The notes under the pieces: generated by a model
What the model was told of the DNA's origin: nothing
Database searches by the model: none
The model's input: only the letters and a program-made list of their open reading frames with translations
Position numbers and translations under genes: made by a program
DNA from: Candidatus Poribacteria bacterium
GTDB lineage: Bacteria; Poribacteria; WGA-4E; JAJDTR01
Direction of reading: 5' to 3'
Assembly: GCA_965222225.1 (NCBI GenBank)
Contig: CBDCTK010000002.1
Coordinates: 5,408,001 to 5,472,000, forward strand
DNA length: 64,000 nucleotides
Shown: one piece after another, positions 52,501 through 61,650 of the stretch
Layout: each line of letters begins with the position of its first letter
How positions within the stretch are numbered: the first letter of the stretch is position 1

Positions 52501-53442
52501 CCAGACATCGTCTCCATCTGGAACAATTGATGTAATATTCGCGGAGGACAAGCCGTCAACTAAACTATAATGAATCCACGTATCCACCGACTTGATGTAT
52601 CGTTGCACCCCCTCGTTTGCTGTGCCAATCCACACATACAATCCATCAATGACTATCCGGTTGATTTTGTTCGTCTTAAGCAGGCCATCTCGTGTAAGCG
52701 TCCTCACGAAGGCTTGATCTGTTTTGCTGTATAAACTGACACCGAAATTCGCGGTGCCAAACCAAACAAAATCCTCGTCAATAGCAATCGTTGTCACTTT
52801 ATCATCGGCTAAACCATCACTCTTGGTGAACTGTGTCCATGAGTCAATTTTCTTATCGTACCTTGATACGCCTTTATCAGTGGCAAACCAAACGTACTCC
52901 TCTTCAACGGCAATATCAATAATCTGATTGCTCGGCAAACCGCCATCATCCGTCGTCCTGAGTGCCCAAACGTCAATCGGCATATTGTATCTCGCCAAAC
53001 CTTTATCTGTGCCAAACCAAACATAATTCCCATCTACACTAACAGCCGTGATTCGATTACTCGGCAATCCGTTATCGCGATTATAAGTCGTCCATGCGCC
53101 GGTCGTAATCTTGAATTTGGAAATACCAGATTCCGTGCCAAACCAGATGCACTCACGATCAACAGCGATGCCCAAAACTTTATTGTTTGCGAGTCCATCT
53201 TGGACAGTATAGCTCATCCACCGATTCTCGCTTTTGATGAAACGGTTAATGCCTTTGTCTGTTGCCACCCAAATGTTATTCTTGTCTGCAGTGACATCGT
53301 GAATGCGATCGCTAAGTAACGCAAATTCCGCTGATACGCTAGCCGTCGCACTCACCGTGGGCGCCTGTTTGTTGGACTGAACAATGGTACAGCCAACAAG
53401 GACTGTAAATAGAATGGCGAACCAACATTTATTCAAAACCAT
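49507..53442 (-). CDS. Giant multi-beta-propeller lipoprotein, paralog A
   Basis: Same repeat type as paralogs B and C; lipobox LVGC; shares the S(D/E)DxNAWE insert with them. Confidence 0.88.
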   Translation of the reverse strand: MVLNKCWFAILFTVLVGCTIVQSNKQAPTVSATASVSAEFALLSDRIHDVTADKNNIWVATDKGINRFIKSENRWMSYTVQDGLANNKVLGIAVDRECIWFGTESGISKFKITTGAWTTYNRDNGLPSNRITAVSVDGNYVWFGTDKGLARYNMPIDVWALRTTDDGGLPSNQIIDIAVEEEYVWFATDKGVSRYDKKIDSWTQFTKSDGLADDKVTTIAIDEDFVWFGTANFGVSLYSKTDQAFVRTLTRDGLLKTNKINRIVIDGLYVWIGTANEGVQRYIKSVDTWIHYSLVDGLSSANITSIVPDGDDVWCGTREDGVLRFDKINALWTTVRKAEGLINDNVKTIVQRDGVFWIGTAMGLSRFDSCSGEWKTFTKAHGLITNYVTAIAMTDDAVWIGTAKGLGRYQDNRWKFWRKRHGLAGDFVQDVVVADERIWVGTRSGLCWYDMADGKWYTHEDFGNLWVSCIALDDDSIWVGTDRGVSQLPSNNGIVKSYTEADGLISNRVNRIVVDGEIVWIGTRKGLTQFDKEDNRWRSFTTMEGLPNNNVRAIAIADNTVWVGTPRGLGKYSKASKSWERFDLTQPGAVMGHENIRDVITFGDKVWLGTIGGLGQLDTKENSWTAIRAREETDVLRHSHIQHTALDGDWVWFVTWMHTSNGNIVRYDKRTGTWTHYMNEDVQAIDAPPIDLIDWLDVADDRVWFSTESGILAYSKDSDTWRHYTTKDGMPSNKSRSVLVDGDDVWIGLRDGRICRYRLASDTWETHMAATKDLANKWHQTRFAANTRYVWIPAQHDGVLRYDKKTDSWKRYTTADGLAPIGYIVATEDDVWAYGWELCQYDAKTDRWTIIDSKRGLAKAGIRELSSGIDYLWVLHQDEWNEDPGTVPVSGYHKKNRTWQVFRGHPQTVGNNFHDVQETPSGVWFGAEEHGVSRFDKASSSWTVFSTEDGLLSNTVHDHTLRADDEYVWAGSNRGISRYDLKKEIWTVYTGSRSLPSDVIRSVAVDSRYIYCGTDQGASRYDKENDIWLTVAHDRTIDHDLVTDLVVDDKYVWIVSGKGVRRFDKWAHWTDKYDEKNGLPTNHVKVAAVGRRTLWVGSDHGVSKYNTLSEDANAWEIFARADEVDTMSLSPEYAESLVDNRVRSIAVGTRYVWVGTERGVSQHDLRRRTWITYKQDDGLLGDEISSICIDGESVWFGTEGGVSRLNTKTKEWSSFTRANGLAINQVTQIVAADDDVWFGTFDHGLLHYNKETQAWKHFTRTDGLSHNRVFDIAMDEDFLWIGTARGLSRYDILTDTWTIFTRHFDQEEDRQ

Positions 53443-53561
53443 CGTTCCTAATCATTTATATCGAAAACGCGAAAAAATAATAACAAAAATCCTTAGTGAG
53501 GCGAAAGTTATATAGCGAAACTACCCGTCGTTGAGGTGCAAAACAGCGCTGTCTTTTCTCT

Positions 53562-55094
53562 TTAGGATTCTTGTCCTTCTTGTACAACGTAAATGTCCGC
53601 ATGAAAAGTGTTCGTGCTACCAGCCTTGCTGTCCAAACTTGTAGCCCCCAATTTAAAGAGCTGCCTTCGTTTGAAACCGTGAAAAATGTGTCCGGTTCCG
53701 CCGGGTGGAACATCCCAGGTTCCAGTCAGCGCCTCATCTGGAGATCTATCTGTAGTTAGGTCTGTGTGGCTATCAAACAATTCAAACGTACCGGCTGCGT
53801 CACCCCTGCCCACCTGTATCTTAATGTAGAGTATCCCGTCGTGTTCAAAAGGGGTCGTGTCTATTTCAACAGGCGTGTACTTCGGCGCGTCAGTGCCAGA
53901 GGCGCGAAAAGTGTGCAAAACCTCTTTCAACTTTCGTCCCAAACTGATGGGTTTTGCTTCTAAATTCAACAGACATTTTCCTTCAAACGCTTCTAGGGAA
54001 CGCCGTAGCAGCGTTAAGTAGGCTTCTGCCCTATTCCTGTATGGGAGCGCCATCTCCGGCTGATGCATAATAACCTCCGCCTCCGACGACAGCACCAGAA
54101 TGTCCACCGAATCCGTATAATTCTGTTGAAGTTTTGTCGCGACAAGACGGGCGCCATCCCCTTTCGCACCGCCCATCAGCTCTGGCAACTCCCTTAGGAG
54201 CACCCATGTGTTTACAAACTTCTCATTGAGCGTATTTATCACTTCTGAATTGGAGAACTGACCCGCCCTCAAGTATTTGGCGTTCGCTCAGCAGGATTCA
54301 TCGTCGAGTGGCCCCCAAACAAGGATTGCATGAATTGGGTGGCTCGTTGCCTTGGCAAGCGGAACGGCTTCTTCAAGCGGACGCCATTCAATCTCGGCGA
54401 ATTTGTAGAACCTCAATTCCAACGCTCTACGCGCTTCTTCCACCGTGATGGCGCCTTCCCACGCAATCCTGCCCCGGTCTTCGGCGACGGTGGCGAGAAG
54501 TTCCATGCGCGGCACAAAGACCATATCAACGCCTTCAAAGGCGCCGATGTCAACATTGCTATTCCGTGGTGGAAGATAGAGTGAGAACGCGCGAACTGTC
54601 CGTCTCTTCAGGTTAATCACTAATCGTCCCGCGAATTGCGATAAGATGTAACGAGATTTTCCCTCATCATCATTCAGCGAATTGGCGACCCGCCACGCCT
54701 CATAAGCATCACTTGACAGAACCAACTCCGCATGAATTCGGAATGCTATCTCCGCGTAATGTGACGAGATCGCGCGGAGACACGCGTAAGCACCTTCCTC
54801 GCCGTGATGTAGTGCTGTCGTTGCGCCCGAGTGAAACTGGTGAAGGAACGGAACAACCCCATGCGAATCGAGTTGCCACACGTCCCCTACCTCTACATCC
54901 GACGATGGAAGAAACACTTTGAAGGCGTCTATGCCGTATTCTTTGATTGGGTGGCTGGGCGAAAAATTGAACAATTCAACGTGTATTGGTGAGGCCTTGT
55001 GTAGATTAAACGCGGAATCTGCAATCGCATCCCAATGTGCCGCCACCTGCACGCTAGTTGAACACTGAAGCGCATCAGTTAAATCAATTTTCAT
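53562..55094 (-). CDS. Selenoprotein N (SELENON)-like protein, ~510 aa, with in-frame UGA (Sec) at 54290-54288
   Basis: ORFs 54288..55130 and 53562..54272 share a frame: WGPLDDESC-TGA-ANAKYLRAG. Collinear SELENON-like motifs lie on both sides. GGAGG RBS before ATG 55094. Confidence 0.85.
54250..54287 (-). promoter_or_regulatory. Candidate bacterial SECIS element
   Basis: 15 nt after the UGA: stem UUGAGGGC / GUUCUCCAA with apical GGGUCA, resembling the GGUC apex of the E. coli fdhF SECIS. Confidence 0.6.
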
Positions 55095-55669
55095 TTTACC
55101 TCCAGGCAAAACTACCGTTGCTCGATTCATCAGGACTGGAACGTTGTATTTTCCAGCAATGGATTGACGAATTGATTGGTTTTGGACGTCCGACTCTTAG
55201 TAAGTGGAATACTGCTGAAGAGGGGTACGGTCCTATCTGCGCTGTTTATCCGATTGAGTGGTGGTAAATGCTATTTCACCCTACGATATCAAAGCGCCGT
55301 CAGCTATTGCACTGAATCCTACGCGGCAAAATTTCCATGCCCGCAGCAAGGGACTCTGCGCATGAACTTTCAATCTCTAACTATAACACAATTTCGGATG
55401 CACTTTTCGGTGGATTTGCAGGCACAATTCAATGGCTTGAGAGGGTTTTGGCTCGCGGAATAAAAAGTGTTTGTGTGGCGTACCGGCAGGGATCTTGCTA
55501 ATTTTAATCAGCGTGAAGGCTTGGGCGTTATGAATGTTGTAGGGAGATTGATTTGCTTCCAAGAATCCGGACTCGCCCTATAGTCATGGGAAGGAATAGG
55601 TCATGAGCGAAGTCCTTCGGAGAATCCGAATACATAATTCCGAGTTGTCCGAATCCCCAATAGCTGGAT

Positions 55670-55996
55670 TCACTCATCGGTCGTGGCATTCCATTTCGAC
55701 ATCTTGTACAGGACGTTGTTCCGATACAGATAGTGTTGATTTCCATGCCATTGTACACGCCAATAGTCAAAGCCGCGTTCAAACTCAATGATGCGGTCTG
55801 GGGAGCCGAGTTTGGCTCGTAATTTTTCACTAGCACGAATATCACGCTTGATGAGGTATCGCGTCAGGATTGCAACGCCGGATAGAATTGCAACCATCCC
55901 TAATTTCCCTTGGGTTTTTGGCGTAACGCTATATGTTTTGGGAATAACGGCGAATAAAAGCGAGGTTACGAGTATACATCCGATTATCTTTTTCAT
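55670..55996 (-). CDS. Hypothetical exported/membrane protein
   Basis: Signal-peptide-like N-terminus and a second hydrophobic helix; co-oriented with upstream genes. Confidence 0.65.
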   Translation of the reverse strand: MKKIIGCILVTSLLFAVIPKTYSVTPKTQGKLGMVAILSGVAILTRYLIKRDIRASEKLRAKLGSPDRIIEFERGFDYWRVQWHGNQHYLYRNNVLYKMSKWNATTDE

Positions 55997-56056
55997 TTTG
56001 TTTGAATGGGATGCTCAGAGGGAAATATTGTAGCGAGAGTCTTCTGGGTTACCTGC

Positions 56057-57445
56057 TTAACGTTTTGCTAACCAAGTTTGGTCGAAAGCTACAACGCCAC
56101 CCCAACCGATGTTGAGGTTGCGGAGGTGTGACTGACACAAGAAATTTGATGGTAGCAGGTAGAGTGGAATTAAAGCGTCGGAATGGTTAAACCGATCAAT
56201 CGCAGTGTCGGCGCCTTGAGGGAGTGGAACTGATAGCAACGCAAGATTGGCGCCACGGTCTCTTAGGGTATTCTGAAGAGGGACCGAATCTGCGTTGACC
56301 ATAGAGACTTGCAACCCGATCTGAGACAGAAAACTTCGCTGTAATCGCGCGGCAATTTCATTACCGGTGTTGTCAGGCAGAGGAGCAAATATGAGATTAA
56401 CGGCGGGCACGCCCTTCAGACGCCGACGCGCTTTGATTGGATTGTAGTATCGCGGAGACAGTATTGAAGTTACCTGAGTGCATTGAGCACCGTACTGCAA
56501 TCGTAGTAGCTCATCAACATCAACAGCGTATTTCAGAACATTGTACCATACCTGCGACTTAGATTTCTCCGGCACACGTCGAAGATAAACACCAACAGCC
56601 GCATCCGTTTGAGTTAGGATTTCATCTGAATCATCGTCTCTACGTCTGGGAGTTTCAGTGAGTGGCAGGTATAATGAATCCAGAGTACCTGATTCAAAAT
56701 CAAACAGCGCTTGGCGGACTTCCCCATAGTAGCGGAACGTGATGTCGTCCAGATAAGGTTTTCCCCATGCGTACGCGGCATTCGCCTTGATTCGAATTTC
56801 CTCGGGTTGGAAGGACGCTAGACGGAAGCGACCAGTGCCTATAGAGGGCAATTCATGTCTGCCTGTTATGTCCGGCTTGATAATCCATGCGTTTGGCCCC
56901 GTGAGTTTAATTAGAAACTCGATATCCGGCTCCTTGAGCACCACCTGTAGATGACGATTATCTAAAACGTGGATGCCGGAAACCGTATCAGTGTTACCGC
57001 GTCTACAATCAATCGCCCCATCAATGAAAAATAGCGGGTTGAACCAACTGCTAACGATCTCGCCTATGCAATCCTCCTTTATGAATCGTTCCCAAGCCCG
57101 TTTTACGTCGGTTGCTTGTACCGCCTCGCCATCGTGAAATCTAGCATTTTCGGCGATTGCAAACGTCCACGTGCGATAGTCCGATGAATGTTTCCAACTT
57201 TGAGCAATTCCGGCAACAATCTCTCCAAAGCTATTACGCCTCACAAGCCCTTCGTACAATTGAGAAGCTATCTGCAACTCGGCATGATTTAGATAATTGG
57301 AATTGTCAAGCGTAGTTACACGTTGAAAGACGGCGTGCCGTAGTTTGCCGCCGAATCGCGGTGGCGACGAAGACTCAACGCCTGTGGGCATCAAACAAGA
57401 AGCAATCACTAAGAGGAAAAGAAAAGAGTGGTTCCGTGTGTCCAT
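56057..57445 (-). CDS. ABC-type family-5 solute-binding protein (divergent C-terminus)
   Basis: LYEGLV, WTF....ARFHDG..V.A.DVK..WER, IGTGRF, GKPYLD.I.F. Confidence 0.85.
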   Translation of the reverse strand: MDTRNHSFLFLLVIASCLMPTGVESSSPPRFGGKLRHAVFQRVTTLDNSNYLNHAELQIASQLYEGLVRRNSFGEIVAGIAQSWKHSSDYRTWTFAIAENARFHDGEAVQATDVKRAWERFIKEDCIGEIVSSWFNPLFFIDGAIDCRRGNTDTVSGIHVLDNRHLQVVLKEPDIEFLIKLTGPNAWIIKPDITGRHELPSIGTGRFRLASFQPEEIRIKANAAYAWGKPYLDDITFRYYGEVRQALFDFESGTLDSLYLPLTETPRRRDDDSDEILTQTDAAVGVYLRRVPEKSKSQVWYNVLKYAVDVDELLRLQYGAQCTQVTSILSPRYYNPIKARRRLKGVPAVNLIFAPLPDNTGNEIAARLQRSFLSQIGLQVSMVNADSVPLQNTLRDRGANLALLSVPLPQGADTAIDRFNHSDALIPLYLLPSNFLCQSHLRNLNIGWGGVVAFDQTWLAKR

Positions 57446-57494
57446 CAGATTAGTCTAAAGCATTTGGGCCTACGGGAAAGTTCGTTTGAATATG

Positions 57495-60400
57495 CTAGCC
57501 GACGCGATTGTATCCATAACCCTCTCCCGTAATTTGAAACAGTGCATCTGCGGCATGGAAGTGGATGTCGGCGTCCTGATCTTTCAAGACCGTTTCGAGA
57601 ACTGACACTGCTTTGGAGTTCTTGGCATTGCCTAAGGCTTTAGTAATGTCGATTCTTAGATTCTTAGCTGTCTTGCTCGCTTGTAGGGTTTGCAATTTCT
57701 CAAGCAACGCAGAAACTGCTTCATCAGTGCCGAGTTTTCCGAGGGCAATTGCCGCGTCGCGGCGAATCTCTTCGTGATTGGTTTCGTCGTTAAACACTTC
57801 TATTAAATCTGGTACCGTTGCGAGGTCAGCGAGTTCTCCCATTCCCTGTGTTGCGCCACGTCTGACATCTTTGTCGAGTTCCGTTTCACCTTTCATTATC
57901 TTCACGAGTTCATCTTTGAGTTCACGAATCCCGCTTTTACCAATGCCAAGGGCTGTTGCCTGACGTACCTCTTTTTTTGGGGCGCCAAGCAGTGTCCTTA
58001 GCCTCGCGATAACTTGTGAAGTATCTTGTGCAACATCACAGTGTACAAGTGCGAGCGATGCCGCGGTTCTTATCGGGTCATCCTCCCATGGATCCTCCAT
58101 CCGCTGCTCTAGTTTGGGGGCAACAAAAGCGGGTAGCCGGAAAGATTTGGCAGCGGCAACGAATGCCTCCCAAGACCAATTGCGTTTTAGTTCCTCGTGT
58201 ATTGCTACGATATATTCCGTTTCATCAGCGACACGTCGCCCTAAAGCTTCAGCGGCGCGTTGGCCCCCAATCTCGGCAAGTGCCGCAGCCGCCTTTGTAC
58301 GAGCTGAGGCCTTCGCTAGCTCATCCGTACTGGCGTCAAGGGGTACGCTCCGATCTTCCAGAATTGCAATCAGTTCTGGCACAGCTTTCGTACTCTTAAG
58401 CTTTCCCAGTGCTGAGATAGCATTGTTGTAAGTATCTCCAGATTCCGTTGTTAGGGCGTAAAGAAGCTGAGGCTCAACACTTCTGTCGCCAATGGCGCCT
58501 AGTGCAGCCACACTTGCTGCCCGTACTGCAGTGTCTTGCAACCTGTCTTGAACCAGCGAGATAAGTTTCCCATCAGCCTTGGCATCCTTAATCGCACCTA
58601 ATGCTGCAGCGGCTTTTGCTCGTACTTCAGCGTTCCTGTCGTCAAGCGCAGCCAAGAGCGGGGCAGATGCGCGTTCATCCAGCTGCGCACCTAACGCTAC
58701 TGCTGCTTCCGCGCGAATGGATTTGTACTCGCTTTCATCCTGAAGCATCCTGATTAAAGCGTCGACGGAGCGCCTATCTTTATATTTGCCGAGAGCAGTA
58801 ATTGCGGCTTTACGAACAACATAACTCGGATGCTGCAATTCCAATTTGAACACATCTGCGAGATTCTTAACCGATGCGATGTGTTCAAGAGTCCCTAACG
58901 TCGTTAGTAGTGTCCAGTGCGTCCATTCATCATCCGCAGATTTAAGTGCATCTTGAATAAATTTTGCCGTGGGTGCCCCGCCGTCCTTTGTCAGAGAGGC
59001 AACAACCTCAGTCATGACAGATTGAACTTCGTGATCCTCCTCAAACGTGCCCATCCCCTTCTGAAGTACATCAACCAAACCTGCATCTGTTTGTGTCGGG
59101 TTCAGTTCACGAAGCGCAATTGCAGCTTGCTTACGAGTTGATTCATACTTGTCCTTCTTCAGGACAGAGAGTAAAGGCGCAATGACACGGTCACCCTTAA
59201 TCTTGCCCAAGGCAGTTGCAACTTCCTGCCGGACAACTCCTTGCTCATCCTTGAGCGCATTCAGTAAATGCGAAACAGTAGATTCGCCATTAAGTTCGCC
59301 CAACGCTAAAGCTGCACCTCGCCGAACCGTGGCACGTTCATCGTCTTTCAGGGCAGATATCAAGGTATCTAGTACCTCGTCTCCCTTTTTGTAGATATTG
59401 AGAATTTCGTCGACTTTTCTACAATGGTAGTGCACTTGACTCTCTTTGTCTGTCAGAAACCAAATCTCGTCCGATTTATCAACAGTAACGTCGCTGTTCT
59501 GAGATAACGCGCTTCCATGGCTCATGAATTCCTGGCGTAATTCCTCAGGAATATCGCCGCTGTTGAGATCTGCTTCATACATTGCTCGTCTAGTGCTACT
59601 AAACAGCAATTCTCCTTTAATCTTGCCAAGAGCGACTGCAGCCTCGCTCCGTACAAGACTCGGTATAGACTTTAACTCTCCCCATGTTCGGTACACCGGT
59701 TGCGGGTAATCCGAAGTCCATTTAACTTTTAGGCCTTCAATTGCAATCCTAAATCCGGCAAGAGTATTGTATCTTCGTTTCATGCGGCGTTGGAAATCCT
59801 TAACCTCATCATATCGCGTTGATAGAATCCAGAGAAGCGCGTCTACCGATTCATTGGATTTAATCTCACCCAAAGCTGTAACCGCCGCTTTACGAATGAC
59901 TGGGCTTGTATCGTCACTCAACACTAACAACATCAAGGATTGAACGACCTTGGTCGACTTGAGTTGCCCTAGCGAGGTAATCGCAGTCGTACGCACTGTC
60001 TCGCGCTGCTGTTTATCCATTGCCATCGTGACAAGTCCATGAATAACCTCGTCTGTACTTACACTAATCAGCCCGAGTGCGACAGCGGCATTTGTAGCGG
60101 TGGTTTCATCCAAACTAAGTGCGTGTGCCAACGCTGAAATCGCGCTGTTGTTGGGACCTCTTGCTCTCATTAAACCTAGTGCTTTGGCAGCGTGAGCCTT
60201 GACTTCCTTTCTCTGATCGTTGCTCCTGAGAGCCGCTATCAGTGGTCCAATCGTGCGCCGGTCTTGAATTTGGCTTAAGGCTTCTGCGATACTAATTCGA
60301 ATCTTTTCTGTCTCATGTTCCAAAGCGGGATAAAGGTATGGTGTTGCCGCTGTCCCCATTGCGACCAAAGCATTCAGCGCGCTTACGCGAAGGTCGTCAT

Positions 60401-61556
60401 CTGCCAAGAGGTTGACAAGTCGCGGAATCGTCGCACGGGACCGTAACGTACCGAGGACCTCAATTGCCAATGCTTGAGTGCTTACCCTTCGTTTTTGAAG
60501 ACGGGAATCATCTATGAAAACGTTGGCGATATATTGATATTCCTGCATAAACTCTGAGTCCCCGCTGGGGATAACATCCCTTGCACGAGTATCTAGCACT
60601 TCAAGCAGCGGAGGAACCGAAGCGTCTCCAATCTCAACTAGAGCCTTCGCAGCCGCACTTGTTACATAGGTATTTGAATCCGCTAGGAGACGAATCATCT
60701 CATCAATCCCCGCCTCTGCTTTCAGCCGCCCAATCAATTTCGCCGCGTGAATCCGTACTTGAGTTGTGTTCGTTTTGGTGGCTTCTTTTAAAGCCGGCAC
60801 AACAGCAGCTTCGTCTATTAACTTTTCCAGCGCAACTATGACACGATAGAGTACATCAGGGAATTCGTCCTTTTTCTGCAACACAGACTCAAAGGTCGGA
60901 ATCAGTTCCACGCTGCGCAGATTGCCAAGATGCTTGATTGCTTCCCGCCGGATGCGAGGATCGCGGTGCTGCGTTGCCTGAATCAGCAGGTTGATGACCG
61001 CATCGTTTGTTGTAGCTCCTTGAATTAACCGAACTGCGGTTTCACGAGGGGCGGGCTGAAAGCACTTCTCACCCTCCAACAACGCCGTGATAATCACCGG
61101 ATTGGGTTGATTTACCAAATCAGATAGCAAACTTGATTGCTTTACAGCGGTTTCGGCAAACGAATCAACCAAGAAGCCGCTAATTGAGTTTCTTGACCGG
61201 ATGAGTCGTTCTTGTCGATCCAGTTCGTCAGAATCCGGATCTTCCCGATTACTGATTTCTTGAATGTCCTCATTCAGCGGTTTTAGATGACTTAACACTT
61301 GCTCAAGACCTGATTGCCAAGCGGAAACGTCTGAACTTGAGCGCAGTCGAAGCAATTGCTGGAGCGACAGTGCTTCAGCTTGCTTGGGATTGTTTGCAAG
61401 AGCCCTTTCAACTGCCGATTGAACCGCAGAATAATCACCCTCGGCAGTCGCCAATCGCGCATCAAGGATGTCCTTATCTTCTTTTTCCCCACAGCCTATG
61501 GAAAAGCCTACAATCAATATAACAACACTAATAGAAAAAAGAGTTTTCTGATTCAT
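57495..61556 (-). CDS. HEAT (PBS-lyase-type) repeat lipoprotein, 1353 aa
   Basis: Lipobox SIGC; many VR..AA.ALG repeats. Confidence 0.88.
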   Translation of the reverse strand: MNQKTLFSISVVILIVGFSIGCGEKEDKDILDARLATAEGDYSAVQSAVERALANNPKQAEALSLQQLLRLRSSSDVSAWQSGLEQVLSHLKPLNEDIQEISNREDPDSDELDRQERLIRSRNSISGFLVDSFAETAVKQSSLLSDLVNQPNPVIITALLEGEKCFQPAPRETAVRLIQGATTNDAVINLLIQATQHRDPRIRREAIKHLGNLRSVELIPTFESVLQKKDEFPDVLYRVIVALEKLIDEAAVVPALKEATKTNTTQVRIHAAKLIGRLKAEAGIDEMIRLLADSNTYVTSAAAKALVEIGDASVPPLLEVLDTRARDVIPSGDSEFMQEYQYIANVFIDDSRLQKRRVSTQALAIEVLGTLRSRATIPRLVNLLADDDLRVSALNALVAMGTAATPYLYPALEHETEKIRISIAEALSQIQDRRTIGPLIAALRSNDQRKEVKAHAAKALGLMRARGPNNSAISALAHALSLDETTATNAAVALGLISVSTDEVIHGLVTMAMDKQQRETVRTTAITSLGQLKSTKVVQSLMLLVLSDDTSPVIRKAAVTALGEIKSNESVDALLWILSTRYDEVKDFQRRMKRRYNTLAGFRIAIEGLKVKWTSDYPQPVYRTWGELKSIPSLVRSEAAVALGKIKGELLFSSTRRAMYEADLNSGDIPEELRQEFMSHGSALSQNSDVTVDKSDEIWFLTDKESQVHYHCRKVDEILNIYKKGDEVLDTLISALKDDERATVRRGAALALGELNGESTVSHLLNALKDEQGVVRQEVATALGKIKGDRVIAPLLSVLKKDKYESTRKQAAIALRELNPTQTDAGLVDVLQKGMGTFEEDHEVQSVMTEVVASLTKDGGAPTAKFIQDALKSADDEWTHWTLLTTLGTLEHIASVKNLADVFKLELQHPSYVVRKAAITALGKYKDRRSVDALIRMLQDESEYKSIRAEAAVALGAQLDERASAPLLAALDDRNAEVRAKAAAALGAIKDAKADGKLISLVQDRLQDTAVRAASVAALGAIGDRSVEPQLLYALTTESGDTYNNAISALGKLKSTKAVPELIAILEDRSVPLDASTDELAKASARTKAAAALAEIGGQRAAEALGRRVADETEYIVAIHEELKRNWSWEAFVAAAKSFRLPAFVAPKLEQRMEDPWEDDPIRTAASLALVHCDVAQDTSQVIARLRTLLGAPKKEVRQATALGIGKSGIRELKDELVKIMKGETELDKDVRRGATQGMGELADLATVPDLIEVFNDETNHEEIRRDAAIALGKLGTDEAVSALLEKLQTLQASKTAKNLRIDITKALGNAKNSKAVSVLETVLKDQDADIHFHAADALFQITGEGYGYNRVG

Positions 61557-61650
61557 GCGTCAGGCTCCTTAATTGAATTTGATATACGTCAAATCAGGAT
61601 TGCAAAACGATAAAGCTTCTATATCTGTTTTCTAGGTACTTCTATTCACT

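Noticed and set aside
37788-53442. Hybrid two-component sensor kinases
   Set aside because: No TM helix, HisKA, HATPase or receiver motifs follow the propellers.
53562-55130. Two separate genes or a nonsense pseudogene
   Set aside because: The single TGA falls at the Sec position of the SELENON-like motif, the frame is otherwise intact, and a SECIS-like hairpin follows.
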